DNA from: an uncultured Pedosphaera sp.
GTDB taxonomy: Bacteria > Verrucomicrobiota > Verrucomicrobiia > Limisphaerales > AAA164-E04
Direction: 5' to 3'
Assembly (NCBI GenBank): GCA_965214825.1
Contig: OZ243981.1
Location: 103,964-167,963 of the forward strand
Length of the DNA stretch: 64,000 bases
Shown: in pieces, positions 12,768-21,334 of the stretch
How the letters are laid out: the number at the start of each line of letters is the position of its first letter
How positions within the stretch are numbered: position 1 is the first letter of the stretch
The notes under the pieces: generated by a model
The model's input: only the letters and a program-made list of their open reading frames with translations
What the model was told of the DNA's origin: nothing
The model's database searches: none
Program-made: the position numbers and the translations under genes

Positions 12768-13742
12768 TCAAAAGAGGCGTCCGATGGCGAGGCCGAGAAC
12801 GCTGAGCGGCCCTTGGTCTTCGAGGCTTTCGGTGGCTTTTTCGACTTTTTGGAGGGCGGCGGTTGCGTTGTCGATTAGCGAGGCGTCGTTGACGAGGAGG
12901 CCGGCGCTGCCGTCGCCGCGGTTGATTTTCTCCAGGATTTCTCTCAGGTGAGTCATGGCGATTTTGGTTTCTTCGTAGAGCGCTTCGTCTGTCGCCAGTT
13001 TGCCGAGTGTGCCGCGCCCGGCTCGAAGGTCGCGCAGGGCATCTTGGGCTTCGGCGATAGCGGCGTCGAGTTTTTCCGAAGCTGTGTTCAGGCTGGAAAT
13101 GGTTTTAGTGGCGTTTTTGTAGAGTGCTTCGTCATGAATGAGCCGGCCGATGGTGCCTTCGCCGGCGGCAATTTGTGCGGCGCTGGTTTGGATGTTTTTG
13201 ACGATGTCCGAAACGCGGTTTTGGTTGGCTTTCAGGAAATCGGCCAGAGGCCCCAAGACGTCTGAGAATTGGTCGCCGCTGAAGGTGTCTGAAACTTTTT
13301 CGATGCCGGCGGCGACGCCGTTGATTCGGGTGATGAGCGCGCTGATGTCCGGTTGCTCGCGTGTGATCAATTCGGCTCCCGGCTGGACGGCGACTCCAGT
13401 TTTGCCGAATTCGATCGCCACGAAGTTTTGCCCCGCCAGGCCGGTGAAATGGATGGAGGCGGCGCTGTCTGTTTTGACGGCGGCGGCTTTGTCGGCGGCA
13501 ATGCGCATGTCCACTTTGACCTGGTTGTCCGCAAAGCCGATGCTTTCGACCTCGCCAATTTGAACACCTCCCATTTTGACGGGGTCGCCTTCTTCGAGGT
13601 CTTTGACATTTTGAAATCGAGCGCCGATGGCGACGTTCTTTTGGAAGAAGCGTAAGCCGCCGGCGATTTCAGTGAGCAAAAACAGGCCGAGAAACGCCAG
13701 GGCGAAAAACAGGCCAAGCCGAGTTTCAAGAGAATTTTTCAT
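12768..13742 (-). CDS. MCE/MlaD family substrate-binding protein
   Basis: N-terminal TM helix, MCE motif LEEGDPVKMGGVQIGEV, helical tail; ATG at 13742. Confidence 0.9.
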   Translation of the reverse strand: MKNSLETRLGLFFALAFLGLFLLTEIAGGLRFFQKNVAIGARFQNVKDLEEGDPVKMGGVQIGEVESIGFADNQVKVDMRIAADKAAAVKTDSAASIHFTGLAGQNFVAIEFGKTGVAVQPGAELITREQPDISALITRINGVAAGIEKVSDTFSGDQFSDVLGPLADFLKANQNRVSDIVKNIQTSAAQIAAGEGTIGRLIHDEALYKNATKTISSLNTASEKLDAAIAEAQDALRDLRAGRGTLGKLATDEALYEETKIAMTHLREILEKINRGDGSAGLLVNDASLIDNATAALQKVEKATESLEDQGPLSVLGLAIGRLF

Positions 13743-14514
13743 AGCGAGTTGGTTGATTATGGCGAGCAAGACGGCCTGCACCAAGAAAGTCTTTAAGGAA
13801 GGGATCGGAATCGGCGCTAAGAGTGGCCGGTGTGCCAATGCGCAGAATGGCGCCGTCCCGAATGACGGCGATTCGATCGGCAAGGCGGAAGGCCAGCTCG
13901 CGTTCGTGGGTGACGAGGATCGATGTAACGCCAGTCCGCTGGTTCAATTTTTCGATGGCGTCGCCGACTGTTGCAGCCATCAACGGATCTAACTCGCTCG
14001 TGGGCTCGTCATAAAGAATGAGCTGCGGATTGACGACGAGCGACCGCGCAATTGCTGCCCTTTTTTTCATACCTCCTGAAAGTTCGGCAGGGTATTGCTT
14101 TTCAACGCCTTGCAGTCCCACGAGAGCGAGGCTTTGGCGGACGATGCGTTCGATTTCCGCCGCTGGTTTGAGCTGGTGCTCGCAGAGATAAAGGCCGACA
14201 TTTTGGGCAACAGTCAGCGAGTGTAGCAAAGCGCCGGATTGAAAAACCATCGCCAGGCGATACCGATTGCGGACGGCTGGATGCCGAATGCTCTGGTTTT
14301 CAATCCGAATCTCCCCGCTGTCAGGCTCTTCGAGGCCAATCAAATGCCTGAGCAAAACGCTCTTTCCGCTGCCGCTAGGCCCCATGATGGCGAAAACTTC
14401 GCCGGGTTCGACGTGAAACTCGACATCCCTGAGCACAGGCCGGCCACCGAGGGAACGATGGAGACGAGAAACGTCCAGCCGAACGCTGTCAATCGATTCA
14501 GAAACCGCAGTCAT
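13726..14514 (-). CDS. mlaF: ABC transporter ATPase, MlaF-like
   Basis: GPSGSGKS Walker A, LSGGMKKR signature, LYDEPTSELDP; adjacent to the MCE gene. Confidence 0.88.
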   Translation of the reverse strand: MTAVSESIDSVRLDVSRLHRSLGGRPVLRDVEFHVEPGEVFAIMGPSGSGKSVLLRHLIGLEEPDSGEIRIENQSIRHPAVRNRYRLAMVFQSGALLHSLTVAQNVGLYLCEHQLKPAAEIERIVRQSLALVGLQGVEKQYPAELSGGMKKRAAIARSLVVNPQLILYDEPTSELDPLMAATVGDAIEKLNQRTGVTSILVTHERELAFRLADRIAVIRDGAILRIGTPATLSADSDPFLKDFLGAGRLARHNQPTRYEKFS

Positions 14515-14650
14515 CAATCCAAATAAAAAGGAAAATTTATCGGTTTAATTCCACTTTTGAGAACCAAACCACAATTTGACATTTCATCAAGATTGTTACC
14601 CTTTCACGTCCGGTTAAACGCCCATCCCTAACGCCAAACCCAATATTGTC

Positions 14651-14711
14651 CAGTTTCATTTTTAATGTCAAATCACAAATCATTGCCCGGATTAATCAAC
14701 TCGATAATTCC
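14651..14711 (-). repeat. Diverged copy of the tnpB promoter/start region (16211-16270)
   Basis: Hand alignment gives about 45 of 61 identical positions, including TTCATTTTTAATG; opens a 40-codon ORF (14659..14537, MKLDNIGF...) resembling the TnpB start MKQDKNRNIAF. Confidence 0.7.
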
Positions 14712-14735
14712 CTTTTTGTATCATTGCGCCTCTCC

Positions 14736-14914
14736 GTTACAACGGCTACCCCGTGCTTTAAGCACTGCGACGGTTGGAATCGAAATCGCCGCGTGAATTT
14801 AATTCGGTTACAACGGCTACCCCGTGCTTTAAGCACTGCGACACGAAAAAGGGAAGGCGGATTGGGACGGTTATTTATGTTACAACGGCTACCCCGTGCT
14901 TTAAGCACTGCGAC
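14736..14914 (-). CRISPR. CRISPR mini-array: 3 identical 36-bp repeats, 2 spacers (35 and 36 bp)
   Basis: Repeat GTCGCAGTGCTTAAAGCACGGGGTAGCCGTTGTAAC (minus strand) at 14736-14771, 14807-14842 and 14879-14914; unrelated spacers at 14772-14806 and 14843-14878; internal hairpin GTGCT-TAA-AGCAC. Orientation inferred from the GTC...AAC ends and the upstream gene. Confidence 0.88.
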
Positions 14915-15010
14915 AGCCACAGTTGACGCTTCTCAGAGACAGTAACCTGTCCCCCACATCTAACGAAGCCTGCAACCAGCTCCGGCCTGTTAAACAGGCA
15001 AAATCAGCAA
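14915..15010 (-). ncRNA. Putative omegaRNA/tracrRNA-like scaffold between tnpB and the array
   Basis: Hairpins GCCTGT-TTA-ACAGGC and GGGACAG-GTTA-CTGTCTC, the latter nested in a GATGT/GCGTC stem; GTTGCAGGCT (14967-14976) can pair with the repeat 3' end. Boundaries unknown. Confidence 0.6.
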
Positions 15011-16219
15011 TCAAATGGGAATCACATCCCGTTTGATTTTATTTACTCCCAAATCCCTGATGTTCTTAGCTGCGTTGATATCCGCATTATTCTTGTGGCC
15101 GCACTGGACACACTCGAATCTCGACTGCGTTTTTCTGTTAAACTTATATGTATGCCCGCACTTGTGGCACGTGCGGCTTGTGTTCTTCGGGTTAATTTTC
15201 ACAAGTTCAAAGGCTTTGTATTCAAGCATGTTTTGCAATCTGCCCCAGCCTGTGTCCAGGATAACGCGGTTGAGGCCTGCCTTTCCTTTAACATTCTTCC
15301 CCGGTTTTTCCGTGTTGCCCTTTGCGCTCTTGGTCATCCTTACAATATTGAGGTCTTCCACGACAACAGTGCTTGCTATGCCTGTGATCCTTTTGCTGGT
15401 GTGATGATGCCAGTTATGTCTAGCATTAGCAATCTGATTGCTTACTTTAGCTATCCGTTTCTTTGTCTCCTTTCTTCGATTGCTTCCCTTTGATTGTCGC
15501 GCTATTTTCTTTTGCAATTTCTTTAACTTTTTCACCAACGATTTCCAACCCGGCTCCGGTGTGCTTATCTTTTCGCTGTTGCTCAACATCACTTGACCTG
15601 CATTCATATCCACGCCAACGGCCCGGCTGTTATCCTTTTTTTCGGAAATGTCTACTTCGTAACAAACAATACAATGCCAGTTGCCGAGTACTCGCTTGAT
15701 TACGGCTTGCTTCGGCTTCGCTCTCGCGTAAGGGTTGCCGCCGCGCCGTCGGAGTAGCACGGAACCAGTTTTTGGAATGTAAAGCCAAGTGTTTCCGCTC
15801 TTTTCTGTAATTCGAACGTTCTGCGGGATAGTGAAAGAATTCCTGTCATCGTGTTTGCGCTTGGGCCACCCTTTCTTTCCGTCTATCGCTCCCTTCAGGG
15901 CATCGGCAAGGTATTTTAGCACATAGCGCACTTCGGCACACGGCAACTTTTCGAGCTCCGGTATTTCCTTGCGGAGAGGGGTGAATTGTTCGCAAAATGT
16001 TTTAAAGGAAGACGGCGGCTTCCTGGATTCGGCATATTTTCTCGGCACCCAGGGATTGTCCCTTAACTTCTTGTATGCCGTCCATTCCCGCTTGTTTTTG
16101 GCGAGGAAATAGTCCCATATAAAGCGGTTCGCTCCGGTAATCTTCCATAGCTCACGCGCTACATGTTTGCTGTTGGGATGCAGTTTGAATGCGATGTTTC
16201 GGTTTTTATCCTGCTTCAT
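15011..16219 (-). CDS. tnpB: TnpB-family (IS200/IS605 OrfB, Cas12f-like) RNA-guided nuclease, CRISPR-adjacent
   Basis: 402 aa; N-terminal FKLHPN..G..RFIWDYFL; RuvC-I VGVD204MN, RuvC-II VVVE288DL, zinc ribbon C351/C354/C370/C373, RuvC-III NAD380INAAKNI. Confidence 0.93.
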   Translation of the reverse strand: MKQDKNRNIAFKLHPNSKHVARELWKITGANRFIWDYFLAKNKREWTAYKKLRDNPWVPRKYAESRKPPSSFKTFCEQFTPLRKEIPELEKLPCAEVRYVLKYLADALKGAIDGKKGWPKRKHDDRNSFTIPQNVRITEKSGNTWLYIPKTGSVLLRRRGGNPYARAKPKQAVIKRVLGNWHCIVCYEVDISEKKDNSRAVGVDMNAGQVMLSNSEKISTPEPGWKSLVKKLKKLQKKIARQSKGSNRRKETKKRIAKVSNQIANARHNWHHHTSKRITGIASTVVVEDLNIVRMTKSAKGNTEKPGKNVKGKAGLNRVILDTGWGRLQNMLEYKAFELVKINPKNTSRTCHKCGHTYKFNRKTQSRFECVQCGHKNNADINAAKNIRDLGVNKIKRDVIPI

Positions 16220-16230
16220 TTTTAATGAGG

Positions 16231-16258
16231 ATTACAAATTATCGTCCGGTGGAGTCAA
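16231..16258 (-). promoter_or_regulatory. Putative sigma70 promoter of tnpB
   Basis: TTGACT-N16-TGTAAT ending 11 nt before the ATG; conserved as TTGATT-N16-TGTGAT in the duplicate at 14651-14711. Confidence 0.45.
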
Positions 16259-16263
16259 CTCAA

Positions 16264-17007
16264 TTATTCCAAGTAAAGAAGCATCCGGGTAAGAAAATAA
16301 TCGAGAATTAGAATCAAGACAATCGAATGGACCACCGCCTTGGTGACAGAGCGCCCGATGCCCCGAGGGCCGCCTCGGGTGGCCAACCCTTGCTGGCAAC
16401 TGATCAGCCCGATAACAAAGCCGAAGACGCCGCTCTTGAAAAGGGCGTTGAAAACAGCCGCCAAATCCAGCGCCGCCCTGAGATTGGAAAAGTAAAGAGC
16501 CATCGGCACATCGATCTCGCGGTTGAAGGCGGCCACCAAAGCCCCCCCCAGCCAGCCAGCAAAAATCGAAAATACCGCCAGCATCGGCAAAGCAATGCTG
16601 ATGGCCACCAGTCGCGGCAGGACGAGGTAAGCGACCGGGTTGATGTTCATGGTCCGCAGCGCGTCAATCTCTTGATAAACCTGCATCGAACCGATTTCCG
16701 CCGCCATGGCCGAGCCGATGCGCCCGGCGATCAAAATCGACATCATCACCGGAGCCAACTCCTTGCACATCGATAGTCCCACCAATTGGCCGATTGCTGA
16801 GGCCAGCCCGCGCTCCGCCAAAACGGGGCCCGATTGCAGCGCCAACACACCGCCGATGAAGAGCGAAAGAACGCAGGCCATCAAGAGGCTCGCGTTGCCG
16901 ATTTCAAACAATTGCTCGGCAATCTTTGCCCGCTGCCGCCATGTTAAACGCCAGCGGCAAAGCGTCCGCCAACCCAGGAGGAGAATCTCGCCGATTTGCT
17001 GAAACAT
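16264..17007 (-). CDS. mlaE: ABC transporter permease, MlaE family
   Basis: KELAPVM..AGRIGSAMAAEIGSM..EIDALRTM..P..YLVLPR motif. Confidence 0.93.
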   Translation of the reverse strand: MFQQIGEILLLGWRTLCRWRLTWRQRAKIAEQLFEIGNASLLMACVLSLFIGGVLALQSGPVLAERGLASAIGQLVGLSMCKELAPVMMSILIAGRIGSAMAAEIGSMQVYQEIDALRTMNINPVAYLVLPRLVAISIALPMLAVFSIFAGWLGGALVAAFNREIDVPMALYFSNLRAALDLAAVFNALFKSGVFGFVIGLISCQQGLATRGGPRGIGRSVTKAVVHSIVLILILDYFLTRMLLYLE

Positions 17008-17016
17008 GGCTGCGAG

Positions 17017-18510
17017 TCAAAAAGTCGAAACGCCTTGGCCTTCGCGCCCGCCTGCCTTGGCCGGCAAGCGGGCAGGGTTTAGCGCCGCCTTCCGATTGCG
17101 GCGGTAGATGTTGAGTCCCAATATCTTCAACGAGCGGCGGGAATCCGTTCGTTGCCAGCGAATCAAGCCAAACAAGGCGGCGCCGCGAACACCTTCTTTG
17201 GCCGCGTCCCGGCGGTAAAGATTCCACAGGAAGGATTGCGAGCTTTCCCCCGTCTCCGCTGACCGGCGCGACGTCCACACCGACCACAAAGGCGAGTAGT
17301 GGCGCGGGATGGTTTCGTTGGCGGGAAACAAAGGCTCCAGAAAGGCCAAAGCCTGGAAGTGCCGCTCGCCCGCGCTCGTCGTGCGGCAGGTGAACAGCGG
17401 CCACAAATCCCGCCGGCGAACCGAGGCTTGGCCGCGTCTCTGCGTTTTGCATTCCTCCGTGAACAGGAAGAAAAACCAGCGGGTGCGCTGCTCGACAGCA
17501 TGGCTGGTCTCCAACCGGCGATAACGGTAGATCGGCCAGGCGTAAAAGTTGCTGGTCAAAGCCTTGTTTGACGCCCTCCCGAAAAGCGGCCAAATCCGGC
17601 TTGCCGTTTTGCCTTCGCCCCGAGCAAAGACAATGAACGGCCAAGGCAAGCCAATCTCGCGGTATTTCCTTTCCCGATCATGGGTTACAGTGAGGCCGAC
17701 CGGCCAAGGCGCTGTGAAAGAATCCCGCCCGGGCGATTGCAGCGAACTGAAAAACGGCAGCAAAACATGTTGGTACTGGGGACGGTCCGTGCCCAAACCC
17801 GTGCGGTCCCGAAAATAAAAAGGCCAGGCAATCGAGAGCTTTCTGTGGCCGCCGACCAGCGATTCTTCGCCTAAGATGTTCGTCCGCGCTGTCATCCCCT
17901 TTTCCTCCCAACCTGCCAGCGGCCAGAGCTGCCAGCCTTTGAGATTCTCCCCGTGCCGCAAGTGAAAAAATGGCGCCAAATAGTTGTCCGTCACCACATC
18001 CTTCTTCCGCGTTCGGACATAAAGCGGAAAAGCCGCCGCTTTCACCTCATCGCGCAAAAACCGTCCCTTCACCGTCCCGTAAAAAGGAAAGAGCGCCCAG
18101 TAATTCTTCTCCGGATCGGCAGAGACTTGCCGAAAATAAAAAGGAAAAACCGTCGTTCGCTTCGAATCACCCGCCTGGCCGCTCCCGCCGGAAAAACTGA
18201 CGAGCTGAAAAAACTGTAAACGCCATTCCTTCCCGTAGCGGTCATAACCCGCCAGCGGATAAAGCACATCCCACTCGCGAGAATCCAGCCGCGAATCCCT
18301 CTCACTCGAAAAAAGAACAGGAATCGTCATCCTGGACGTGTGCGACTCCGTCTCCGCCGCATAAAATGGACCGAAGACCTTATCCCAGTCGCCGAACCCT
18401 GCCTTGCCAGAAGCCGCCTTCGCCACACACAAAACCGTTGCAAAACCCATCGCCAAAAGGAGCCAAACCCTGGACAGCTCCCAGCAAAAATTATCGCGGT
18501 TCAAACGCAT
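17017..18510 (-). CDS. Hypothetical exported protein with repeated aromatic (W/F)P(F/L) motifs, upstream of mlaE
   Basis: Long ORF (open from 18618), signal-peptide-like segment, many LWPL/FPFY repeats; ends 9 bp before mlaE. Start uncertain. Confidence 0.7.
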   Translation of the reverse strand: MRLNRDNFCWELSRVWLLLAMGFATVLCVAKAASGKAGFGDWDKVFGPFYAAETESHTSRMTIPVLFSSERDSRLDSREWDVLYPLAGYDRYGKEWRLQFFQLVSFSGGSGQAGDSKRTTVFPFYFRQVSADPEKNYWALFPFYGTVKGRFLRDEVKAAAFPLYVRTRKKDVVTDNYLAPFFHLRHGENLKGWQLWPLAGWEEKGMTARTNILGEESLVGGHRKLSIAWPFYFRDRTGLGTDRPQYQHVLLPFFSSLQSPGRDSFTAPWPVGLTVTHDRERKYREIGLPWPFIVFARGEGKTASRIWPLFGRASNKALTSNFYAWPIYRYRRLETSHAVEQRTRWFFFLFTEECKTQRRGQASVRRRDLWPLFTCRTTSAGERHFQALAFLEPLFPANETIPRHYSPLWSVWTSRRSAETGESSQSFLWNLYRRDAAKEGVRGAALFGLIRWQRTDSRRSLKILGLNIYRRNRKAALNPARLPAKAGGREGQGVSTF

Positions 18511-18833
18511 CTTTATGATGCCGCGATGGTGTCGCAGCGCCAAGGCAACGGTCAAGCCGACAGTGTGGAGCAAACACTCGCAAGAGCGGTTCACGGAACC
18601 GACTTCTTGTCTATCCACAAGCTACCGGCAAACATGGACAAAGCGCTCATTTCATGCTACTGTGACGCTCGACAGTTTCGCAGAGAAAGCCAATGATCCA
18701 CAAAAACCTGAATATGCAGCAATGGAACGTGCCAGTCCCATTTACCTTGGTGGAGAGCAGAAAGTGACCCCTCCCCTCGCAGCTTCAGCAAAGCCCGGAG
18801 AAACTTCCGCCAGTCCGCCAATCCATTTTCCCA

Positions 18834-19742
18834 TTGATTTTGCCTGAAAAGCTGGTTGAGTTATTTTACCGTTTGGCAGCAAGCGGTTGTTTGTCTCGGA
18901 GATTTTATGTTCGAGAGCCACCACAGCTCAAAGATTTGCCGAGGCGCACAGGAGATTTAACACTGGAAATTGTTAGCCATTGTTGGCGTTATGCGCATCT
19001 TTTGGCTTATCAACTGAGTTCGTTAGTATTGTATCCGCCCCAAACTTTGAAAGTGCGCATAACGGTGTTTTACAGTCGAGAGGATCAAGAAACAGTTGAC
19101 TTGCTGAATACTTTCAATCGGCGCCAGCCTCCTAATGTGGTTTGGAATTGGGCGCCGCTTGAGACGCCTCGCCTGCTTCGGCGAGCTATCGGCCGGAATG
19201 CAGCAGCGCTATCCACGAAGGCCGACTGGATTTGGTTCACCGATTGTGATCAGGTTTTTTACAAGGGGTGCCTAGACTGCTTGCACGATCAATTGCAAGG
19301 GCGAAACGATTTGCTGCTCTACCCCAAAGTGGTTGCTTGCGGAGCATTGGCGAACAAGAAGGACAACACAAATCGAATCGCTAAAAGCAACTTGAAAATC
19401 GTGGAGATACACCCGGATCAATTTGCCAAAGTCGTCTATTCCCGCGCCATTGGCCCCTTGCAAATCACCCATGGCGATGTAGCTCGGAAACTCGGTTATT
19501 GCAACGCCATTGGCTTTTATCAAAAGCCTGTCGATAGTTGGCGCAAAGCTTATGAAGACCGCGTGTTTCGCTGGCTGCTAGGCACACAGGGACAGCCGAT
19601 AGAAGTTCCCGGACTTTATCGGATTGAGCATCTGACAAAAGGTCGGGACGCAGACCGCTCAACAAACAGACTTTCCAGAGAAATAAAGGAATGGATGCGC
19701 CGTCGCCGCCGAAACAGAAGACGCAAACCCGAAAGACGGTAG
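18834..19742 (+). CDS. Glycosyltransferase (GT-A/GT2-like)
   Basis: GRNAAAL...ADWIWFTDCD (DxD) and YEDRVF motifs. Confidence 0.75.
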   Translation: MILPEKLVELFYRLAASGCLSRRFYVREPPQLKDLPRRTGDLTLEIVSHCWRYAHLLAYQLSSLVLYPPQTLKVRITVFYSREDQETVDLLNTFNRRQPPNVVWNWAPLETPRLLRRAIGRNAAALSTKADWIWFTDCDQVFYKGCLDCLHDQLQGRNDLLLYPKVVACGALANKKDNTNRIAKSNLKIVEIHPDQFAKVVYSRAIGPLQITHGDVARKLGYCNAIGFYQKPVDSWRKAYEDRVFRWLLGTQGQPIEVPGLYRIEHLTKGRDADRSTNRLSREIKEWMRRRRRNRRRKPERR

Positions 19743-19765
19743 ATTTTCACCCCTGATGCAAAAAC

Positions 19766-21284
19766 ATGACAAATCAAACATCCGACATTTCTATGGGTTA
19801 TTCTTTGGTGATCACCAGTTGCGGACGATTCGATCTGCTCCACCGCACCGTTGCTTCTTTCCTCAAGTTTGCGGACATCCCGCCCAAACAATACATCCTC
19901 GTGGAAGACTCCGGAGACGAAACGGTCCGGGAAGTTCTCGCTCCCTTTAACACGCCGTTTGAAATCCTCGTCAACCAACCGAGCGTCGGGCAAGCAACCC
20001 TCTATCGAAGAACGCTTGCATGCCGTCATCGACCGCGCCTATTCCCAAGTTCAGTTCCCTTATATTTTTCATTGCGAAGACGATTGGGAATTCTTTCGTC
20101 CCGGCTTCATCAAGGAATCTTTCATCCTGCTGGACGCCCTGTCCAATGCCTCCACCATCATGCTGCGTGGCAGAGAACGGAACAGGGCACTCATCAAAAC
20201 TCCATTGAAAGAAATCAACGGCATCCGCTTTTGCCAATTGCAGCCTAATTACCACAAAACGCTTATTGGCTCCAGTTACAATCCCGGATTGCGGCGGCTG
20301 GCGGATTACCAAAAACAGGCGCCATTAACAAAAATCAAAGGCGGCGAAGCCGAAGTTTCCTATAAATTTCTTCTACTTGGCTTCACCACAGCGCATCTTG
20401 AAATTCCCGCCGTTGCTCATATCGGTTGGGAACAGCAAACTCGCTTGCACATTACCAAAAAGACCTTTGGCCAATCACTAAGAAAGAAATGGATGCGATT
20501 GCACATACAAGCGCACTGGCTGGTTGTCAGAGTTAAAAAATCGCTGCCCATTCGCTTTTTCATCAAGGCGTTGCTGTACAATCCGAATATTTTCGCCCGT
20601 CAGATGATGCGCCGTTTCTACAGATTCCGCGAGCTTGTTACAGAGTTGTCTGCGGAACGTCCTATCTCCATCTTTCAGGTCGGTGCCAATGACCCGCTCG
20701 GCGAGTTGATTCTGAACGGGGTCGAGAAAATTCGAGCACTTTTAATTGAACCGCAGCGCACCGCTTATAGCCGGTTGTCACAGCGCTATAGGCAGTCGCC
20801 GCATGTAACATGCCTCAATGCGGCGATTGATAAGGAGCCGGGCAGCCGCACAATGTATTCGATCGAACCGCAGGCCGTAGCTCAAAAAACCGGCCGGATT
20901 TTGGACGATAGCATTGGCTCTTTCGACCGCCAATTTGTCGGTCGATATCTCAAAAGAAGGCTGCGAAATGCCAGACCCGCGCTCTCCGACTTCGAGGTTG
21001 AGGCGCTGATTACTGAGGAAACAGTTCCGACGATGACATTAAAACAGGCGATGGAAGAGGCCGGCATTCTTCAACCCGACGTGTTTCTGGTGGATACCGA
21101 GGGCTTTGACGGCGAAATCTTTTGGATGGCGCTAGATGCTGGATTGCGCCCGACCTTGATTCAATACGAGCATAAACACCTGACTGCCGATGAGCGGCAG
21201 AATTTGTCCGAACCTCTGATGCGGGAAGGCTATCAGCTTTGGGCAGATCGTTCGGATGTCTGGGGGCAAAAACATCGGGATTAA
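19766..21284 (+). pseudogene. GT2-like glycosyltransferase fused to an FkbM-family methyltransferase, frameshifted near 19980-20030
   Basis: The N-terminus (ITSCGRFDLL..VEDSG) is in ORF 19766; the continuation (IDRAYS..FHCEDDWEF) and the FkbM motifs (QVGAND, LIEPQ, VDTEGFD) are in ORF 19851. Confidence 0.72.
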
Positions 21285-21334
21285 AGAACCCAACTCGCGC
21301 GGACATTCGACCCTCGATCCGGCAGTCTGAATTC

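Noticed and set aside
14612-14628. GGTTAAACGCCCATCCC as a degenerate fourth CRISPR repeat
   Set aside because: Only a short gapped match, and out of phase with the 71-72 bp array period.
14701-14735. Trailing sequence as a guide that autorepresses the tnpB promoter
   Set aside because: Similarity to the promoter starts only about 24 nt after the repeat, beyond the repeat-proximal segment that TnpB/Cas12 guides use.
14646-14945. ORFs 14646..14945 (+) and 14696..14920 (-)
   Set aside because: They merely translate the CRISPR repeats and spacers.
15011-16219. Complete autonomous IS200/IS605 or IS607 element
   Set aside because: No tnpA or serine recombinase nearby and no clear left-end hairpin in the 44 bp upstream.
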